DNA from: Geosiphon pyriformis uo1
Lineage: Eukaryota > Fungi > Glomeromycota
Length of the DNA: 64,000 nt
Direction of reading: 5' to 3'
Assembly (NCBI GenBank): GCA_016748015.1
Contig: JAAOMT010000226.1
Span: forward strand, 974,604 to 1,038,603
Both the position numbers and the translations under genes were made by a program. This document shows positions 27,311 to 44,759 of this stretch, one piece after another. Position 1 is the first letter of the stretch; each line of letters begins with the position of its first letter. The notes under the pieces were generated by a model that saw only the letters and a program-made list of their open reading frames with translations, was not told the DNA's origin and did no database searches.

Positions 27311-27794
27311 TGTTGAAGCTTTATGGGGTGCAATTTTAAAGTAAATATTTTCTTAATTGTTGTTTTTTTTGGCTTTATATACGAGTAAATCTTTTCCTGG
27401 TGGCCAAGAAAGTTTTTTTTCAGTTATGGTCACATGTTCCGAATCTTTTGTTAAGAATGACGTCATAACAATATTATAATGTTGGTTAAAAATGGTTACA
27501 TATAAATCGGGCGTTACTTTTTTGGGGGTAATGAAAAATTCTTTGTTGAGTCACTAGGCCTAGGATTTCTTAAGCTTTAAGACAGCAAGCTATCCATATA
27601 CTGGGGGGCATTTGCAATGGAAAAATTCAAAATTAATCACACTCCCATTGTGATTTCATCTCAAATACTTTTGGTCAAATTCCATGTTGGTTTTATTTTC
27701 ACAATTATGACAAAAATTAAAAACTCACAAATACCCTGGTCCTATGAGCATGGATTCACATTAATAGGCTTATTTTTCTTCAACATTAAAAATC

Positions 27795-30038
27795 TCTTCA
27801 GTAAAAGTTCTTGAAATATCGAGAATTTTTCCAAATAAGAAGTAGTAATTACGCCATTCGAATCGTATCTGGTAGCAAGTGCCTGTTCACAAACCAAAAA
27901 TGATTCATCTCCTTTCAAAAATCATACTCAAAAAATAATCAATTATTGAAAATTTTAACTAACCTTAGCCAATCGTACTGATGTCTTAATCTCCCTCCCA
28001 TTGAGCGGTTGCAATTTCAATTTTTCAATATCAACTTGACTTTTGTCTTTACCATCAGGGCGATCCAAAAATGTTCGCCAGACTTGAGTCCGTGCTACTT
28101 CATCAAGTTCTTGATATCTGAGAGCCATTGAAATGCTAGAATGGAAAGCCTTGTCAAAACACTTAGCTAAGTGGTAAAAAAAATAATAATAAAATTAATT
28201 AAATTAATTAAACCAAATCATGCTAATTACATATTTCGACATTCGGTAAAACATACCTCGGTTGGTTGTGAGAAAGAGGATCCTTGATAATATTCAAGCA
28301 AACGCAAAAATATTCCTACCAATGCATTTCGATGTATGTCATTTTCACTTCTCCGTTCCAAGAATATATCCGCTGGAAAATAAAAATTTTCCCGATTCAT
28401 AATATAGTTTAATAAGGATTTCATCAAACGTTTCAATCAAAACAATAGCATTCCAGATACTGGCTACGTCAAGGATTTCACCCAATTTTGTCTCTAGCTG
28501 ATCAGTTGTTGTTCCCAGTTCACTAACACTAACAGCGTACAGTGGACGATGTAAATACTCTGATATCGCCTCAGCAGTAAGTGTTTTCCCAACTATTTCA
28601 TGATAATAAGTTTAGAACAATAAATTTTTCTCGTAATTAAAATATATATTGGATAATTAGTTGACCTCCAGGGGGACCATGAAGCAAGAAAATGCAGCCG
28701 CCCCCTTTTCCAGTAATTAAATCTACATTTTGAGTCTGTTGAGATTGTACCAAGCTACTAATGATATCTTTTTTAAATGGATCCAGGACGAGATTTTCAA
28801 ATGCATCATCAAATTTAATTTCTAGAAAATAGTAAATGAAGTTTATGAATTATGAAACTTATTTTCGAAATGGTAAAAAAACCATTTTACCACTTAGGTG
28901 ATCAACATAAAATTCTCCCCATGTTTTCGCAGTGAAGCTGAACCCAAAGACAGTTGGAACGCATATAAATAACTCATCATCAGTGAGAGTCTTTTCGGTG
29001 AATTCGGATGGAGCCTTTGAGTCATCATTCGATTTTCCAGCAGTGCCCATAAAGTAATTTGGGTTGAGGAGTGCAAATGAAGAGTAATCTAACATTATAC
29101 GACCGTCTCCTTTGTAATACCTAGAACCATACCATGATGGACAAAAGAAACGACCACTATATTGTAGGTAATGTGTGCCGAGAGCAAGTTGAGTGAATCT
29201 TTTACCACGAGCGACTAACTCTTCCCAGACTGGACTTTTTTTTGACAACAGCATCACATGGAGATTCAATTTGGCGTGTCCCGTCATATTGATATAGGTA
29301 AAATGATTTCGTACCACGTTTAAGAGTAGTGCTGTCTGATAAAGTAGCAGTAGAATTGGGCAGTTTATTAAGCGAAAAAACCTACCTGAATTAAAATTTT
29401 CTATCTCAATCTCAAAATATTAGTTCCAGCAAGATTGAGCGTATTTGCAATTTTTCACTCGGGCACCATTTCTTTTGTTATTCAAATCTGTAGATATATA
29501 AGATCCCGATTTTTCAAAGGAATTGGAATTTAGAGATAGTAATTAAGGAAATTTTCAAATTGTAAGGGCGAAGAGAAATAAAAAATATCTTTGGAGAAAA
29601 AGTTCACTTACCATTAGGAAAGAGATACCACAAATAATGATAAATTATTTTGCCCTATAAAAAAAAGTTTATGATTTGTTTTCAAAATTATATGTAATGA
29701 ATTTAATTAAAATAAATGAATCCTAGGTAGTAACTTTTATTGAGAGAAATATTTTTACGGAATCAAATTGAGCTTTAAGGTGGATTAATGGATTACATGT
29801 ATTTTTTCACTCGCATAATAAAAAACCCTACTAATTCACTTAACCTTACCTTGGGAGCCTCGGAAAACAATTGCTCGTTCGTAGAGAAGGTTTGGAGAAC
29901 TTTCGACAAAATCGGGTCAATCGACTTAACATAGACAACTTCAGCTTGATTTTCCTTAAGTTTTTCAATGATACAAGGTTTTTCATTTTTAGAATTTTGA
30001 TCAGGAATTTTAGGTTCTATGGATTCAACAACAGTCAT
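27795..30038 (-). pseudogene. Fungal AAA+ ATPase, multi-exon, frameshifted
   Basis: GRIMLDYSSF, PTVFGFSFTAKTWGEF, Walker A LHGPPG|VGKTLTAEA, ADIFLERRS, RNALVGIFLRLLEYYQG, LNGREIKTSVRLA. A 1-nt deletion disrupts GILFLTTNR (~28278); the Walker B/donor region (~28435) is damaged; further shifts present. Confidence 0.85.
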
Positions 30039-30259
30039 TAGGCAAACACCAGACGCCTTGCGAAAAATAGGGATTTCGCCAGCGAGTTTTAAAATTCGAA
30101 CTTGATATCATTGTTAATTAATTGTCGACGATATGTGTAATTACTTTTTATAGTTTCGAAAAGAAATGCTTCAATGAGAGAAACTAAAAGAGGGCAGATC
30201 AAATAAGAGAAGACAATTGTCCTTTTCCATTGATGAGGATATGTTTAGTTGTTTTTTCT

Positions 30260-30411
30260 AATAAGACCTATTGAGCATATAAAAAAGGTGTCAAATTTTC
30301 TTTTTCCAATAATAGATCTATTGAGCAAATAAAAAAGATGTTGTATTTTCCTTTTTCCAATAATAGACCTATTGAACAAATAAAAAAGGTGTCGAATTTT
30401 CCTTTTTCCAA
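30260..30411. repeat. Tandem repeat, 3 x ~51 bp
   Basis: Consensus AATAGACCTATTGAGCAAATAAAAAAGGTGTCGAATTTTCCTTTTTCCAAT, three diverged copies. Confidence 0.9.
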
Positions 30412-30765
30412 TTAGGGCGCAGCTTGGCACAAATTTTCATTCTCAAACGGAAAACATCGATTCAGCAAATTTTAAATGACATAAGAAATCTCAACAAATA
30501 TTATCTAAATCCAAGGATTGTTTGGAATATCTGGATTTTTGATCAAAATTTCACTGCTTTACATAGTTTTTCGAGAATCTCGGGTCTCGATATTTTTCTT
30601 TTATTCCTAATTTCATTTAGATTATTTTTTATTTAGATTATTTAAAATTGACTAGGTTCAAAGATGAAAGTCCTAATACCAAGATTTTTTTTAAATTTTT
30701 AAATCAACTAGGTGCAATATAAATGTGTTGGAAACGAGAAAAAATTTCTTGAAATTTTTTATTCC

Positions 30766-30799
<34 letters not shown>

Positions 30800-32898
30800 T
30801 ATGATTTCCAATAAAAAATATGCGTTCCCAATTTAAAATTTTGACGTAAGGTTCAACAACCCATTTCTACATTTCGTTTCTCATGTTTCATCTACCCAAA
30901 AAATCTTTGGCGTTCTTGAATCAAACATGATTTTGGCCGCAAAAAGAAATAAAGACATAAGATAAAAAAGCAATGATAAGAAAACATCTCAAGATCTAAT
31001 AGAATCTTGATGATTGAAGTTTACCTTATTTGACCTAAATAATAACAGTAAATTTGTTCGAATGATGGGGAGGTTTCATGTTTCAAAAATTAATCTAAAT
31101 CAGGAACAAAAAATTAATCAAAAATTTGAACCCTTTAGCCCCCAGATCCTCTGATTTAATCATCTTCCCTGGTCTACTTCTGAATCCCTAGAAATACACG
31201 ATGAACACTAAAATTTAGAATTAAACAGCCGTATATGAGGAAAGATAAGCTTGTTTAATCATTTAGACTTTGTAATATCATTTCTGATATTATTTATTAT
31301 TTGATTATTTAAATAATTATAATTTGTCTTTGCCTTTGTTCAGTGTTATGTTTCTTTGATCGATTTCAAGGCAAGTATATACGCTAATTGTTTCTAAATA
31401 CATTATAAATAATAAAGTATCGCCTTAATACATTTTGGTTATAAAAATATTTTAATAAAGAAGATGCTAGAAGCTTTAATGATAAACCAAATCAGGCCAA
31501 TCAAATATTGCATGCTGATATGAAGAAATCAATTTTTTCTTTGAAAGTATTTTGTCATGGATTTAAAAAAAGTTGAATGCACAAAAAAAAATCCATTTAT
31601 TTGAAACCCACATAAAAATTATTTGGTTTGAAATGAGAGAATATTGTTGGTTAACTTGGTGTACTTTTAATGAACCAACATGTTATTTTAATAGTCAAAT
31701 TTTGTAATGACAGATTAATAGTTTGAAATTGGTTTAACAGGCAATAGTAATTGGAATTTTTATAAATTGATGAAAAAATATATGAAAGAATGATTTTGGT
31801 ATATTTACATAATATAGATTGGATAAAAATAATTATATAATCTTTTAAAAAGACTATATATTGACAAAAAAAAATAAAAAATTGGTTTCATAAATCTATT
31901 TGATTGAATATTAAAAGTCTTTAAATTTCAATTTACCAGATTATTTGTGAAATAAAATTGACAGATATTATGGTTTTATTTGGTCCCATCTTTGTATAAA
32001 GTAAATGATATGATAAGAGTTAAAGAGTAAATATACAAGATGGTAATTGAGATTAGTCACACATATTATAAAAAAGAAATGTAATAAACTAGGTAAAAGC
32101 AAATTTATATGATTTCAATAATTAGATATTAATTTAGCAATTAAATTTTAAAATTAAATAATTACTTTTTAAATATCAATAAGATGGAAATCGAGATGGG
32201 AAAAGAGGCTTTTGATTTATTTAATCGATGAGCGTTTTTCAAAGATTATTTTTTTTCTTTAAAAAATTGTATCCATCGCTAAAAATATTTTTTAAGACAG
32301 ACTCATTCCAATTGGCACAACATCATCATGTATAGTATAGTGATACCCACGTTTGGCCAGTTTTCTTTTGCGTAAAAAACTGAAGTAAGCTGTTATCTTA
32401 AGGGTAAGTCTGAATTAATAATTACTTCATCAAAATTAAAATTTTTTTAAATATATATCATAATGAATATTTTTTATTAATTTTTTAGTGGAGTTGTTAC
32501 TGGGCGTGAGAATTGGTGATATATCCTCAATAAAAGGTTGTTTGGCGATTCAAACAAACCTTTCCCAACGCAATTCTAACCTTTTTTGTGGATAAAAAGT
32601 GCCAATTATCATAAGAACTCCATTTATTCATTAGATCAAGGGGAACCTGAGAGAGCTACGTAAGCATGCTCAAATTTTACGGAATCAATCGAATGTTTGA
32701 GTAAATGTGTGACCCCCCCCCCCCCGATAAAATGAGTGTTAAAAATAGAGTTTGGATGATCTGATGAAACAAAAAATTTCAAATTTCAAAAAAAAAAAGT
32801 TATTTTAAGTAACTTTAAATTCATTAACGAAAACAAATAAAAAGCTTTTTTTAATGTAGTATGTAAATTTTTCAAAACTAAATAAAATTATATCAAAA

Positions 32899-32930
<32 letters not shown>

Positions 32931-33384
32931 CTGGTCTTGGTATGATTATTTACTTTTTAAATAAGAATTTTATTGTAACATGATTTATAATATTAAAAAT
33001 AAAAAAACATAAAGTTTGAACTCATATTATTTTAACTATTAATTTAAAGAATTTTTAATTGATAAAAATAAAAACAAAAACACACAATACCCAATGGTAT
33101 AATTTTTAACCACAGAATTATATTTTTTAAAAAATTTTTAGATTATTATTATTGTTATTATTATTATTAAGAAATGTAATTTACACTTGAAGAATTTTGA
33201 AAAAACTTAATTTAAAATAAACCCCCATCTATTCTTTAAAAACAAAAGTTTAATGACGCTCAATTGGAATCCCAAAAATTATTTCAAAATTTTGATTTTA
33301 AAATGAAAAAAAAAATGTTATTTATTTATGAAATGTACTACAGTGATAACAGTAATAAATTAATTTTTTTAATTTAATTATTTA

Positions 33385-34571
33385 CTAATAAACGCCTATG
33401 CGTCTCAAGAAATCCAGCGATAATTGCAATACCTCTCTCGGTTTCTCATCCTGAGGTAAATGACCACATTCCTCTAAACACTGAAACTCGAACACTGTTC
33501 CTGGTGGAGCACCATTTACCATCTCTTCGTACACTTGACGATGTAAATCTCCTGGCATATATCTATCATTTTTGCCCGCGATATAAAGTACCGGGGTTTG
33601 GTGTAAGATATTACGATTTTGGTAGATTTCCAAGGGCCTAAAATGTTTCATTAAATAAGAGACTGATTCGTAGAAATTTGGGAGGGTTAAAGGAACCCGG
33701 TAAGCTGGTTTTACGACAGTTTCCCAGTTTGGAATTGATTCGGCATGATGATAAAATAGTGTGAATGGAAGGTATTGGTAGAGAGCTGCTTTGACGAATA
33801 AACGTCCTGGTGCTGAGCCTAATATATGACATGCTACTGGTGGTGGGCCTGGATTTATTATAGATAATAAAAGATACAATTAAAAAAGGTATTAAAAAAC
33901 GCATTATCACAACTTTATATTTTAAACTTTAAACTTTTCTGCCTACCCTGATCTTGAGGCCTAATGGCCGGGCACAACAAAATCAAAGCTTTAATCCATC
34001 CGGCATATTTAATTGTGATAGCTGAACCTAATGATCCACCACCAGAAACTCCAATTATCACCACCTTTCTTCCATCAAATCCCAAATTTGATAAAAGTGT
34101 CATAGCGAAGTCAACAGATGCTTGTTGCGTGTACGGGTTTTCAGCCTCATCCCACCGTGTCAATCGTTCAGTGAACCCGAAAGCGGGCCGGTCATATGCG
34201 ACCACTGGTATTCCGGTGGTATCGGCGATGGGTTGCATAAGATGTCGCCATGTATATAAATTACCCATAAAATGATGCAGTAATAATATGACTGTTCTAT
34301 CCTGTCCTAGTTGTTGTGGCTGTTGTTCTTGATTAATAATGTGGTTAATGGATCCCGGTTGATATTGTTGTTGTTGTTGCTGTTGTGGATAAGCGATTTT
34401 ATAATAAGTTTGGATCCCTTTGACATCTGTGAATTGACCATTTGGATCTTCGGCTGCCACCGAACGTAAAAAGACACGCTGTATTGAAGGAAGAGAAGGT
34501 AATGATTCCTGCTGGTTCTGTGGGTTGTTGGTACTACCTATGGCTGGAAGTCGATTTTGAAACCATTCCAT
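33385..34571 (-). CDS. Alpha/beta hydrolase (Abhydrolase_1/6) with polyQ insert (exons 34571-33947, 33848-33385)
   Basis: LLHHFMGNLYTW, AYDRPAFGFT, nucleophile GVSGGG, acid GKND, His ECGHLPQDEKP. A 98-nt GTAGGC...CAG intron joins the two ORFs in frame. Confidence 0.92.
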
Positions 34572-35414
34572 AATTTTTTATATGATTTAAAAATGAGTCA
34601 ATAAAAATGATTATTTTTGTAATATATAATTTATAAATTTTTTCTTTATCAAAAGTTTTATTTAAAACCGTCGGAAAATTTCTATTCAAATGAAAATATT
34701 ATTCACAATTATATTGTTTGAAATAGTGAAATTAACAAATGTAAGGATAGAAAGTTCAACAAGCACGAAAAAAAAATTTTACATTGGAATTTATTCTTTT
34801 TTAATTCAGCACAAATTAGTAATCATCGTGTTAACGGGATTGAGAAAAGAGGGATAGTTTAGTATGGTTGTGGTTGGTTGGTAAGTTGGTTAATTAAGTT
34901 TTCGTTAAAATGGATCCGCTCGTTGCAGAGGTTGAACAATATCACCGCGTTTTACCATAGATTAGCAATTTCCACATTTCGATTCATCGTAATGCTAATA
35001 AATCGAGAAAAGCTTTTAGTGCGACGAAAAAATGCCCGTTAATATTTGGTAAGTAACGTTTCACGATCGACAACTTGAGATTTTGTTGCTGGATCTGGAG
35101 CTAGGTAAACGTCCCATGACAATTTTCGAATTCTTTCGACAAAAAAAAATCTTGGAAACTTGACTTTAGCGAAATTGTATCCAAAAATGCATCAAAATCT
35201 TGATTACATTGTGTATATGATCCAAATTTTATGGACTAACTAAAATTCATTGTGTGAATAAGCAAATGATTTCACCGCATTACAATGCAAGATGCGGGGA
35301 AAACAGATGTTATCTAATCACGTGATTTTACTAAGAAACTAGTTTATTTTCTCCAAAAATCGAGAGGTTGGGATTAGAGTAGCAAGATGGGTTAGGCCAT
35401 GAAAAAACCCATTT

Positions 35415-37960
<2,546 letters not shown>

Positions 37961-38439
37961 TTTATAAATATTTTTTTCATGTTATTACAAAATGTGATTC
38001 AACCATATTCCACATATTATAAAATTAAATTTCTATAAATAGGTACAGTTTATATGTAATTAATCATCCAAAACAAATATACCAATGTTTTTATTTTACC
38101 AAAGTAATTTGCAAACATTTGTTTATTATAAATATGTTTTTGTATTTACCTTTTAGTCTTTTTTTTATAAAACATTATCTTTTTTTTAGCTATATATTAC
38201 ATATTAAAAAAATGAGCTTTTTTTCTGTTTTTAAATTAATTAAAACTTTTAAACAAGTAAATAATTATTTTAAACATGTTTTTAATCTAAAAATTTTATA
38301 AAATAACCTAATTTTTATATTTATAGAAATATTTATTTAAACTAATACAATAAAAACTTTTTTTTTTCTATGTTTCAAATTTCTGAAAAAGTATTTTATT
38401 TTGAAAGAAGTTTTTTTGTCTTTGTTTATTTTTACTATT

Positions 38440-40200
38440 CAGTTAAATATCTTAAAATCTTTTTTGTTCAAATATAAAGCTATTAATATTAGTTGTGGTT
38501 TAAATATAAAAAAATTTAAGAAATCTGGTGCTAATTTTATGGTCTTAGATTTTTTTGCCAAAAAAAAGTGCAAAAATAGTGTTTTGAAAAAACCTATTAT
38601 TAAAGTCAATATTAAAATATCTCAAAAATTGTTTAAAATTAATAAAATAACTGGTTTAAATATTAGTAATACTACTAATATTGAAAGTATAGATATAAAA
38701 AAAAGAGTTTTTTGTTGAAAAGACCAGCTTTTAGCTTAATAATGATAATAAATCAAAGCTTAAAAATATTAACATGATTTCTAAAAAGCCAATTAAAGTT
38801 ATTAAATATATACTTGGAAAATTTCTTAAGCAAATCAATTTTAATATTAATAGTAATAATAAAAATAATATTTTAGATAAGTTTTTTTTCTTTTAAGCTT
38901 TTAGTGAATATTCTAATTTGTAAATCTTTTTGCTTTGAATATTGATTTTTTATTGTATTTGAAAAATTAATTCAAAATAAATTGAAGATTATTAAAAATA
39001 TTTTCTATAATATAAATAATTTTGAGAGAAATTTTTACTTCTTAAAATTTGGTAAAATAATCAAAGTATCATTTACTTTTAAAAAAATAATATTAGCTAT
39101 AATAAATTTGGCAAATAATTATGATATAGTAAATACCAATTTTAAAAAGTCAGTAAACAATTATATAAATCAAACAATAATCATAAAAAAAATTCTTGTA
39201 AAAATATTTATAGAAATTGTATAAACTCTATTTATTAATTATAGTATTATTAAATCAAATAAAATACAGTTAGTAAAACTGTGACAAAAAATAATCATAA
39301 AACTGAAAAATCAGAATTAAACTAATCTTTTAATATTTGAATAATTTATTTTTATTGGAAAACACAATTTATGTAACTAAAATTACTATTAACAAACAAA
39401 TATAAAATTTTAAAAATAAATTTAGAGTTTTGTTTTATATATTTTCTATAAAAACAAATACTTAAAATCTTTAGAATTTTATCAGTTTAATTAAGAGAAA
39501 AACTTGTATAATTAATTACAATTTTATTAATTATAATTGTATTAAATATACAACTGTGTATTTTAATTTAAAAAAGAGCTTAATTAAGATAATTATTATA
39601 GTTTTTGTTATAAAAAGTATTGTGTTTTATTAGTTTTGTCTGTTTTTGGCTCTTTATTCAGTTTGTTATAAGCTTAATTATATTTTTTTAAATACAGTTT
39701 AATTAATAGTTAATTGGTATTAAAAAAAAAAACTTTTTTTTCAACTTTAAACTAGTTTAAATTGGTTTAAATCTATATAAAAAAATCTGTTTTTGTTATC
39801 TGTTTAGTAGTTTTTAAAGATAAATTTTGGATATCTGTTGTTAATAGACTTTTTTTTTAGATGTTTTTTAGTATTTTTCTTTAGTTTGATTTTTTAAACA
39901 AAGTTAAATCTTTTTTAATGATTGTAAATAATTTAAAATTGTAATTTAACAAAATTAAAAGCAATTTTGTTAATTTTATAAGACAAATTAGTAAGTTGGC
40001 TAAAAAATTAAATGTATTTATACTAGCTATTTTTTAGTTTAATCTTGAATAATAGCTACTAGTGATTTTTTTATCACAAAATTAAATAGATAATATAATA
40101 ATAAGACTATTACAAAACTAAATTTTTTAGTATTTTCAGATATAATTAAATTAAAAACTTAATTAAATGATTTGTTTAACTTAGTTATAATTTTATTAAT
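38440..40200 (+). mobile_element. Degenerate non-LTR retrotransposon ORF1 (gag/RRM-like) fragment
   Basis: Eroded reading frame KSFCFEY...KFGKIIKVSFTF...KSNKIQLVKL*QKIII...LLYIF resembles LINE ORF1. Many transition-derived stops. Confidence 0.55.
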
Positions 40201-40299
40201 AAGATTTAATAATTTGGTTTTAGTTTAGAATATATCTTCTTTTTTAATTCTTTAATAAATAATTTTATCTATATAAAATTTGAAAAAAATAAATAATTT

Positions 40300-43150
40300 T
40301 ACTAAACAAAATAATATTATCAGATAACATAAAAAATTAAAAATAATATTTTAATTATTACTAAGATTAAACTTTGTTTTAATGTCAAATTATGAGTTGT
40401 AAATAAGTTTGTAAATGTGAAAATATTTATTTTTGGTTTAAATTCAAATTATTTGAATACTAGTATGATTTTAATTGTAAATAAATATTTAATTAAGTAT
40501 AGTATTAGTTTTAAGAAATGTGTAAATTTAAATTTAATTGATTTTTTGGTTGATAATTTATTTGGTAAATTTTTTATATAAAAAAATTCAAAAAAGTCAA
40601 AAAAATAATTGATTATATTTTTATATCATTAAATTTGATTAATGTTTTTACTAATAGTATTTGAATTTGTTAAAGTTGATAAATTATTTGTGACTGTAAG
40701 ATTTAATAAATTACTGATATTAAAGCTTGATATATTAAAAGTATATATATAGGTTGTTATATTATTAATTAATATAGAGTTTAATATTAATATTGTTCCT
40801 AATTCTGAATATAATTCAGAATTTGAAACCAATGATTGGAGTTTCTATATTGGTTTTTTGATTATAAGTTGTTAAATCTGAAATAATAATTTGTTTTTAA
40901 ATAGTTTTGTTTACCATAGTAGTAGCAATTATGTATTTCTTATTACTATAATAAATTGGCTAATAATGATAAATGTAACTGTTATTAAAAGCAATTGGAA
41001 TTTTTTTGGTTGTTATAATATTAAGAAGATTAATAGATTGCCTAATTGTTAATTAAATATTTTTCTAATTTTTAGTTAATCAAATTACTAAATTGTTTTA
41101 GCTTAGAATTCAATTCAGATGATCTGTTATAACTAAATTTACAGTTTATACATGGTTGGTTTTGAGTTTAGCTAATTCAAAATCTTTGGCATGTGTAATT
41201 ACATCTTAAAGAGTATTTGAATATATTAAACATACTTATTGTAATAAGTTGTTGCATAATTCACAAATAAATTGATTTAAAATCTGTAGTATTATAAAGT
41301 AGTCAGTATTAATTGCTTAGATTTGACACAGATTTCTGTAGAAGCATTCTAAATAAGTAGTGACTGCTTTAATATTATCTTGTTTAATAATAATAAAGCT
41401 AGTTAACAAATAATTTATGCTATTATTATTACTGAAATACTATAGAAATGCAGTTTTGAATACATTAAAATCTTGAGATTTGTTGACAAAATTCTGGTAT
41501 CACAAGTTAATTGTGTTTTCTAAGAAGTAAAAAATGACTTAAAAGGCTTTAGTATTGTCTTATTTGTTGGCTGCAATGGTTTTTGCTATATTATTTAGTC
41601 ATGTTTGAACATTGTTCTTTTTGTTAGTAAATTTTTTAAGTTTTGCAATTGGTATATAAGCTATTGATACAAGTAGTAATTGTTGTTGTGGTTATTGCTA
41701 AATAGCAATTGGTGTTATTGGCAGTTGATTAATCAGAATAATTAAAGATAAGTTTTGTAAAAAAATAAGAGCTGAGTTTAGATTATTCGGATTTGGCTGG
41801 ATTTTAACAATTGAAGTTTGAACTTCTGAATTATTTGAAATTGGATTTTGATTATTATTTCTTTGATTACTGTTTTTTTTTTGATTTAGTATTTTTCCAA
41901 TAACTGGTAAATTCGAAATTTGGTTAAGATAATAATAATCAAAGTTCTAATAGAATTTTTGGTTATAATTTAAATCTTTCAAAAAAATTATCATAGGTCT
42001 TAATAGTTTGGTTTTTTTTTGATTATTTTAAAACAGTACTCTGAATAATAGTGTTTTTACTATTGATATTAATGTAAATTCAGATGATATATGAATAGTA
42101 CTTTCTGGTATATAATAATAAGATAAATGTATAAGTAAAATAATTCTTGGTTTCTTTCAAGTAAACAGTTGTATTTTCTTTGGTGTTCTTGCTAAAGTTT
42201 ATAACTTTCTTTTATTTTTGTCTGTAAAAGTAATAAAAAATTTCTGTTGAGTATAATTCTTAATTTCTCGATTTATTTTAGTGATTAATAAAACAAACAA
42301 ATTATTTTGTGAAAGTGTAGTGCTTTGGAATAATTTACTATAGAAAGTTTTAAGTGCAGCTTTTGAATTTTTTTGGTTTCTCAAGTAAGATTTAATTTTT
42401 TTGTTAATGTAAAATTTGAAAACTAATTCTGCTAACCAATAATTACTTGTTAATTTGAAATAAGTTTGGTAATATTGAAATAAGAATTTTGCAAATTTTA
42501 AATAGTTTGTTTTTGTTACTTTTAATTCTGTCACTTTTTTAGATAATTGATGTTAATACTGGTTTTTTTTAGATTATATTTTATAAGAAGCACCAAATAT
42601 TACAGATGATTATTTGGGGTGTTGAAACAAATAACAAACTTGTAACTTAGTGCTTAATAGCTGTTGATAATAATGGTTTTTAAAAATTTTGAAGTTTGAA
42701 AGTTTTGGTTAAGTTTTTTGTATAATAAACAAAAATTCAATTAATGGTTTTATTTTGTGAATTTTTTTTTTCAGCATGATGGTCAGTTTATTCTGACAAT
42801 TATGCTTTTTTGATAAACTATTCTTAAATTTTTATTTTTTTTTCTGGGTTTTTTATTAGACTATTCTTGATTTTAATTATTTAATACCTAATCTTTTAAT
42901 TAATTAGTAAACAATAAAAAAGTAAAATAAAATAAAAATAAAAAATTAATATCTTGTTAATAATTATGATTAAGAGTTATTAATCCAATATAATTAAGTA
43001 TTGAATTCTATCAACATAGAATATTGATAGTGTGAAATAGATTAATATTTCTTTAATCAACTAATAATAATATAAATTTAGATGATAATAAATATTTTAT
43101 TGATATAAGTATAATTTTACTTTAAATTATAAAAAACTATTTTTTAAAGA
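40300..43150 (-). mobile_element. Degenerate Ty3/Gypsy LTR-retrotransposon gag region
   Basis: Minus strand ~41670-41100 reads IAYIPIAKLKKFT...T*LNNIAKTIAANK*D...*YQNFVNKSQDFNVFKTAFL*YF...KQDNIKAVTTYLECF...ILNQFICEL, a Retrotrans_gag pattern. ORF remnant 42199-42534 lies upstream. Confidence 0.7.
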
Positions 43151-43219
43151 AAAGAGTATTGTTATTTTAAACTAAATTGTCTGTTTTTCTTGCTTTTAAT
43201 ACTTTTACTATATATAGAA

Positions 43220-44700
43220 GTTTCCTACCAAATACAGCACTTTCTTAGTGTACCAGTTTTAACAACCACAAGGTCTAAATCAGCTTAAAAGCCAAATGTA
43301 ATCAGAGCAAAGCAAAAACAATGACCAGAATTAGGAAACCAAAGAATAAAACAAGTCTAATTACCAACTTGAGAAACCATATCACTGATTTCAAAGACAG
43401 TGCAGCCAGGAAGAAAGTTGACTAACTTGGTCTTAAACCTATCACAAAACACAATTGTTTCTTGTTGATTCACAAGAAAAAGAATCCAAACACTATTTTT
43501 GTCCACCAAAACTGATCAGTAATTGAAAGCAAATATAGCAGCAACCAAATTCTCAAAATGGACCACAACATATTGCCAAATGCCAGCAGGGTTCAACACA
43601 ACATAAGTAATCATACCAAAAACACTGAAAGCTGTCTTAATGTCAGCAGTAAACACATCCAAAGGCACATTATGCAGTATAACAGCAGCAAAAAGAGAGC
43701 CAGACTCAGAAACTACCAAGGACTTGGCAATTTTGAGAGTGGCCAAATGTACAAAGCTTGTAAGCTCAACCAAAAATGCAGCTTTCAAAAAGACTTGAAA
43801 AGCAAACTTCACATAAAACAGCTTTACATTGTCTTTTGACACTAACTTTGCATCCAAGAAGCCATGTACTGACTAAAAAACAGCCTTAACATGAGCCAAT
43901 TTGATCTTAAAAGTAGCATCAGGCACCAGAATAGAGGCCATCCACTCAGCAAACCTTTAACAACTAGTAATAGTTTTCCAAGCACTATCAGAAATAGTAC
44001 CAGAAACTAGAGAAGGAGATAATTCAGTTTCCATTTAATTAGTCTAGTTTTCAAGAACAAGTGACTCAACAAGAGAAGATTGTTTTGCTTCTAAAACCAG
44101 CGATAATCTACTAGAAGACACCATATTTAGCAACACAGCCAGTGGTTGATCTAGGCCTATCTTGGACAATGTGCTAGATGATATTATGAAAATCTCATTT
44201 AAGATCTCATTGAAAACCACAAAGAGGTTTGGTGTAACAATAGCAGAAGCAAGCAACTGCCCTCATTTTTCTAAACTTTTGGTTTTTTTGACCATTTTTT
44301 TGAAGAAATAGTGCTAGCAGCACCAGAAGTTGAATCTATGAAGAGGAAAACCAGCTTATTTACTGGTCTATTATTAAAAACTTTTGGGCTTTTAGTTGGG
44401 GTGGAGACAACACTGGAACTAACCCAAATGTGTCTCTTTAAGAAAACTTTAACTGGTGAGAAACCAGCCAAAGATAAGAAAGTTGCTTCAGTGGCCACCA
44501 AAGGCAGCTTATTATAATTACTGAATAAAAGGAAGGCTTCTAAAACGTTTTGCCTAGTTGCTTTCACAACAAAGAGAGCTCCTCTGGTTGAAATTTTATT
44601 AGATATTTCAGGACAGATATCAGGTGTAGCTTTTTTACTCTTTGCTCTGGTCATAGTTATAAAATTAAGGAGACAAAGAATTTTTTTTTCTCTGAAGTAT
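43220..44700 (-). mobile_element. Degenerate non-LTR retrotransposon 5' end/ORF1
   Basis: ORF remnants 44271-44708, 44044-44256 and 43516-43857 form one broken frame from MTRAKSKK (ATG 44654). RRM-like LHNVPLDVFTADIKTAFSVFG...WQYVVVHF. CpG almost absent. Confidence 0.7.
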
Positions 44701-44759
44701 TTAAGCATAATTTATATTTAATGTGGAATATTAGAAGACTTTAATTATATATTTTCATA

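Noticed and set aside
30260-30411. CRISPR-like periodicity
   Set aside because: Units are contiguous with no unique spacers, the context is eukaryotic, and there are no cas genes.
32150-32800. GC-richer patch with splice-like signals
   Set aside because: No coherent reading frame or recognisable motif could be built.
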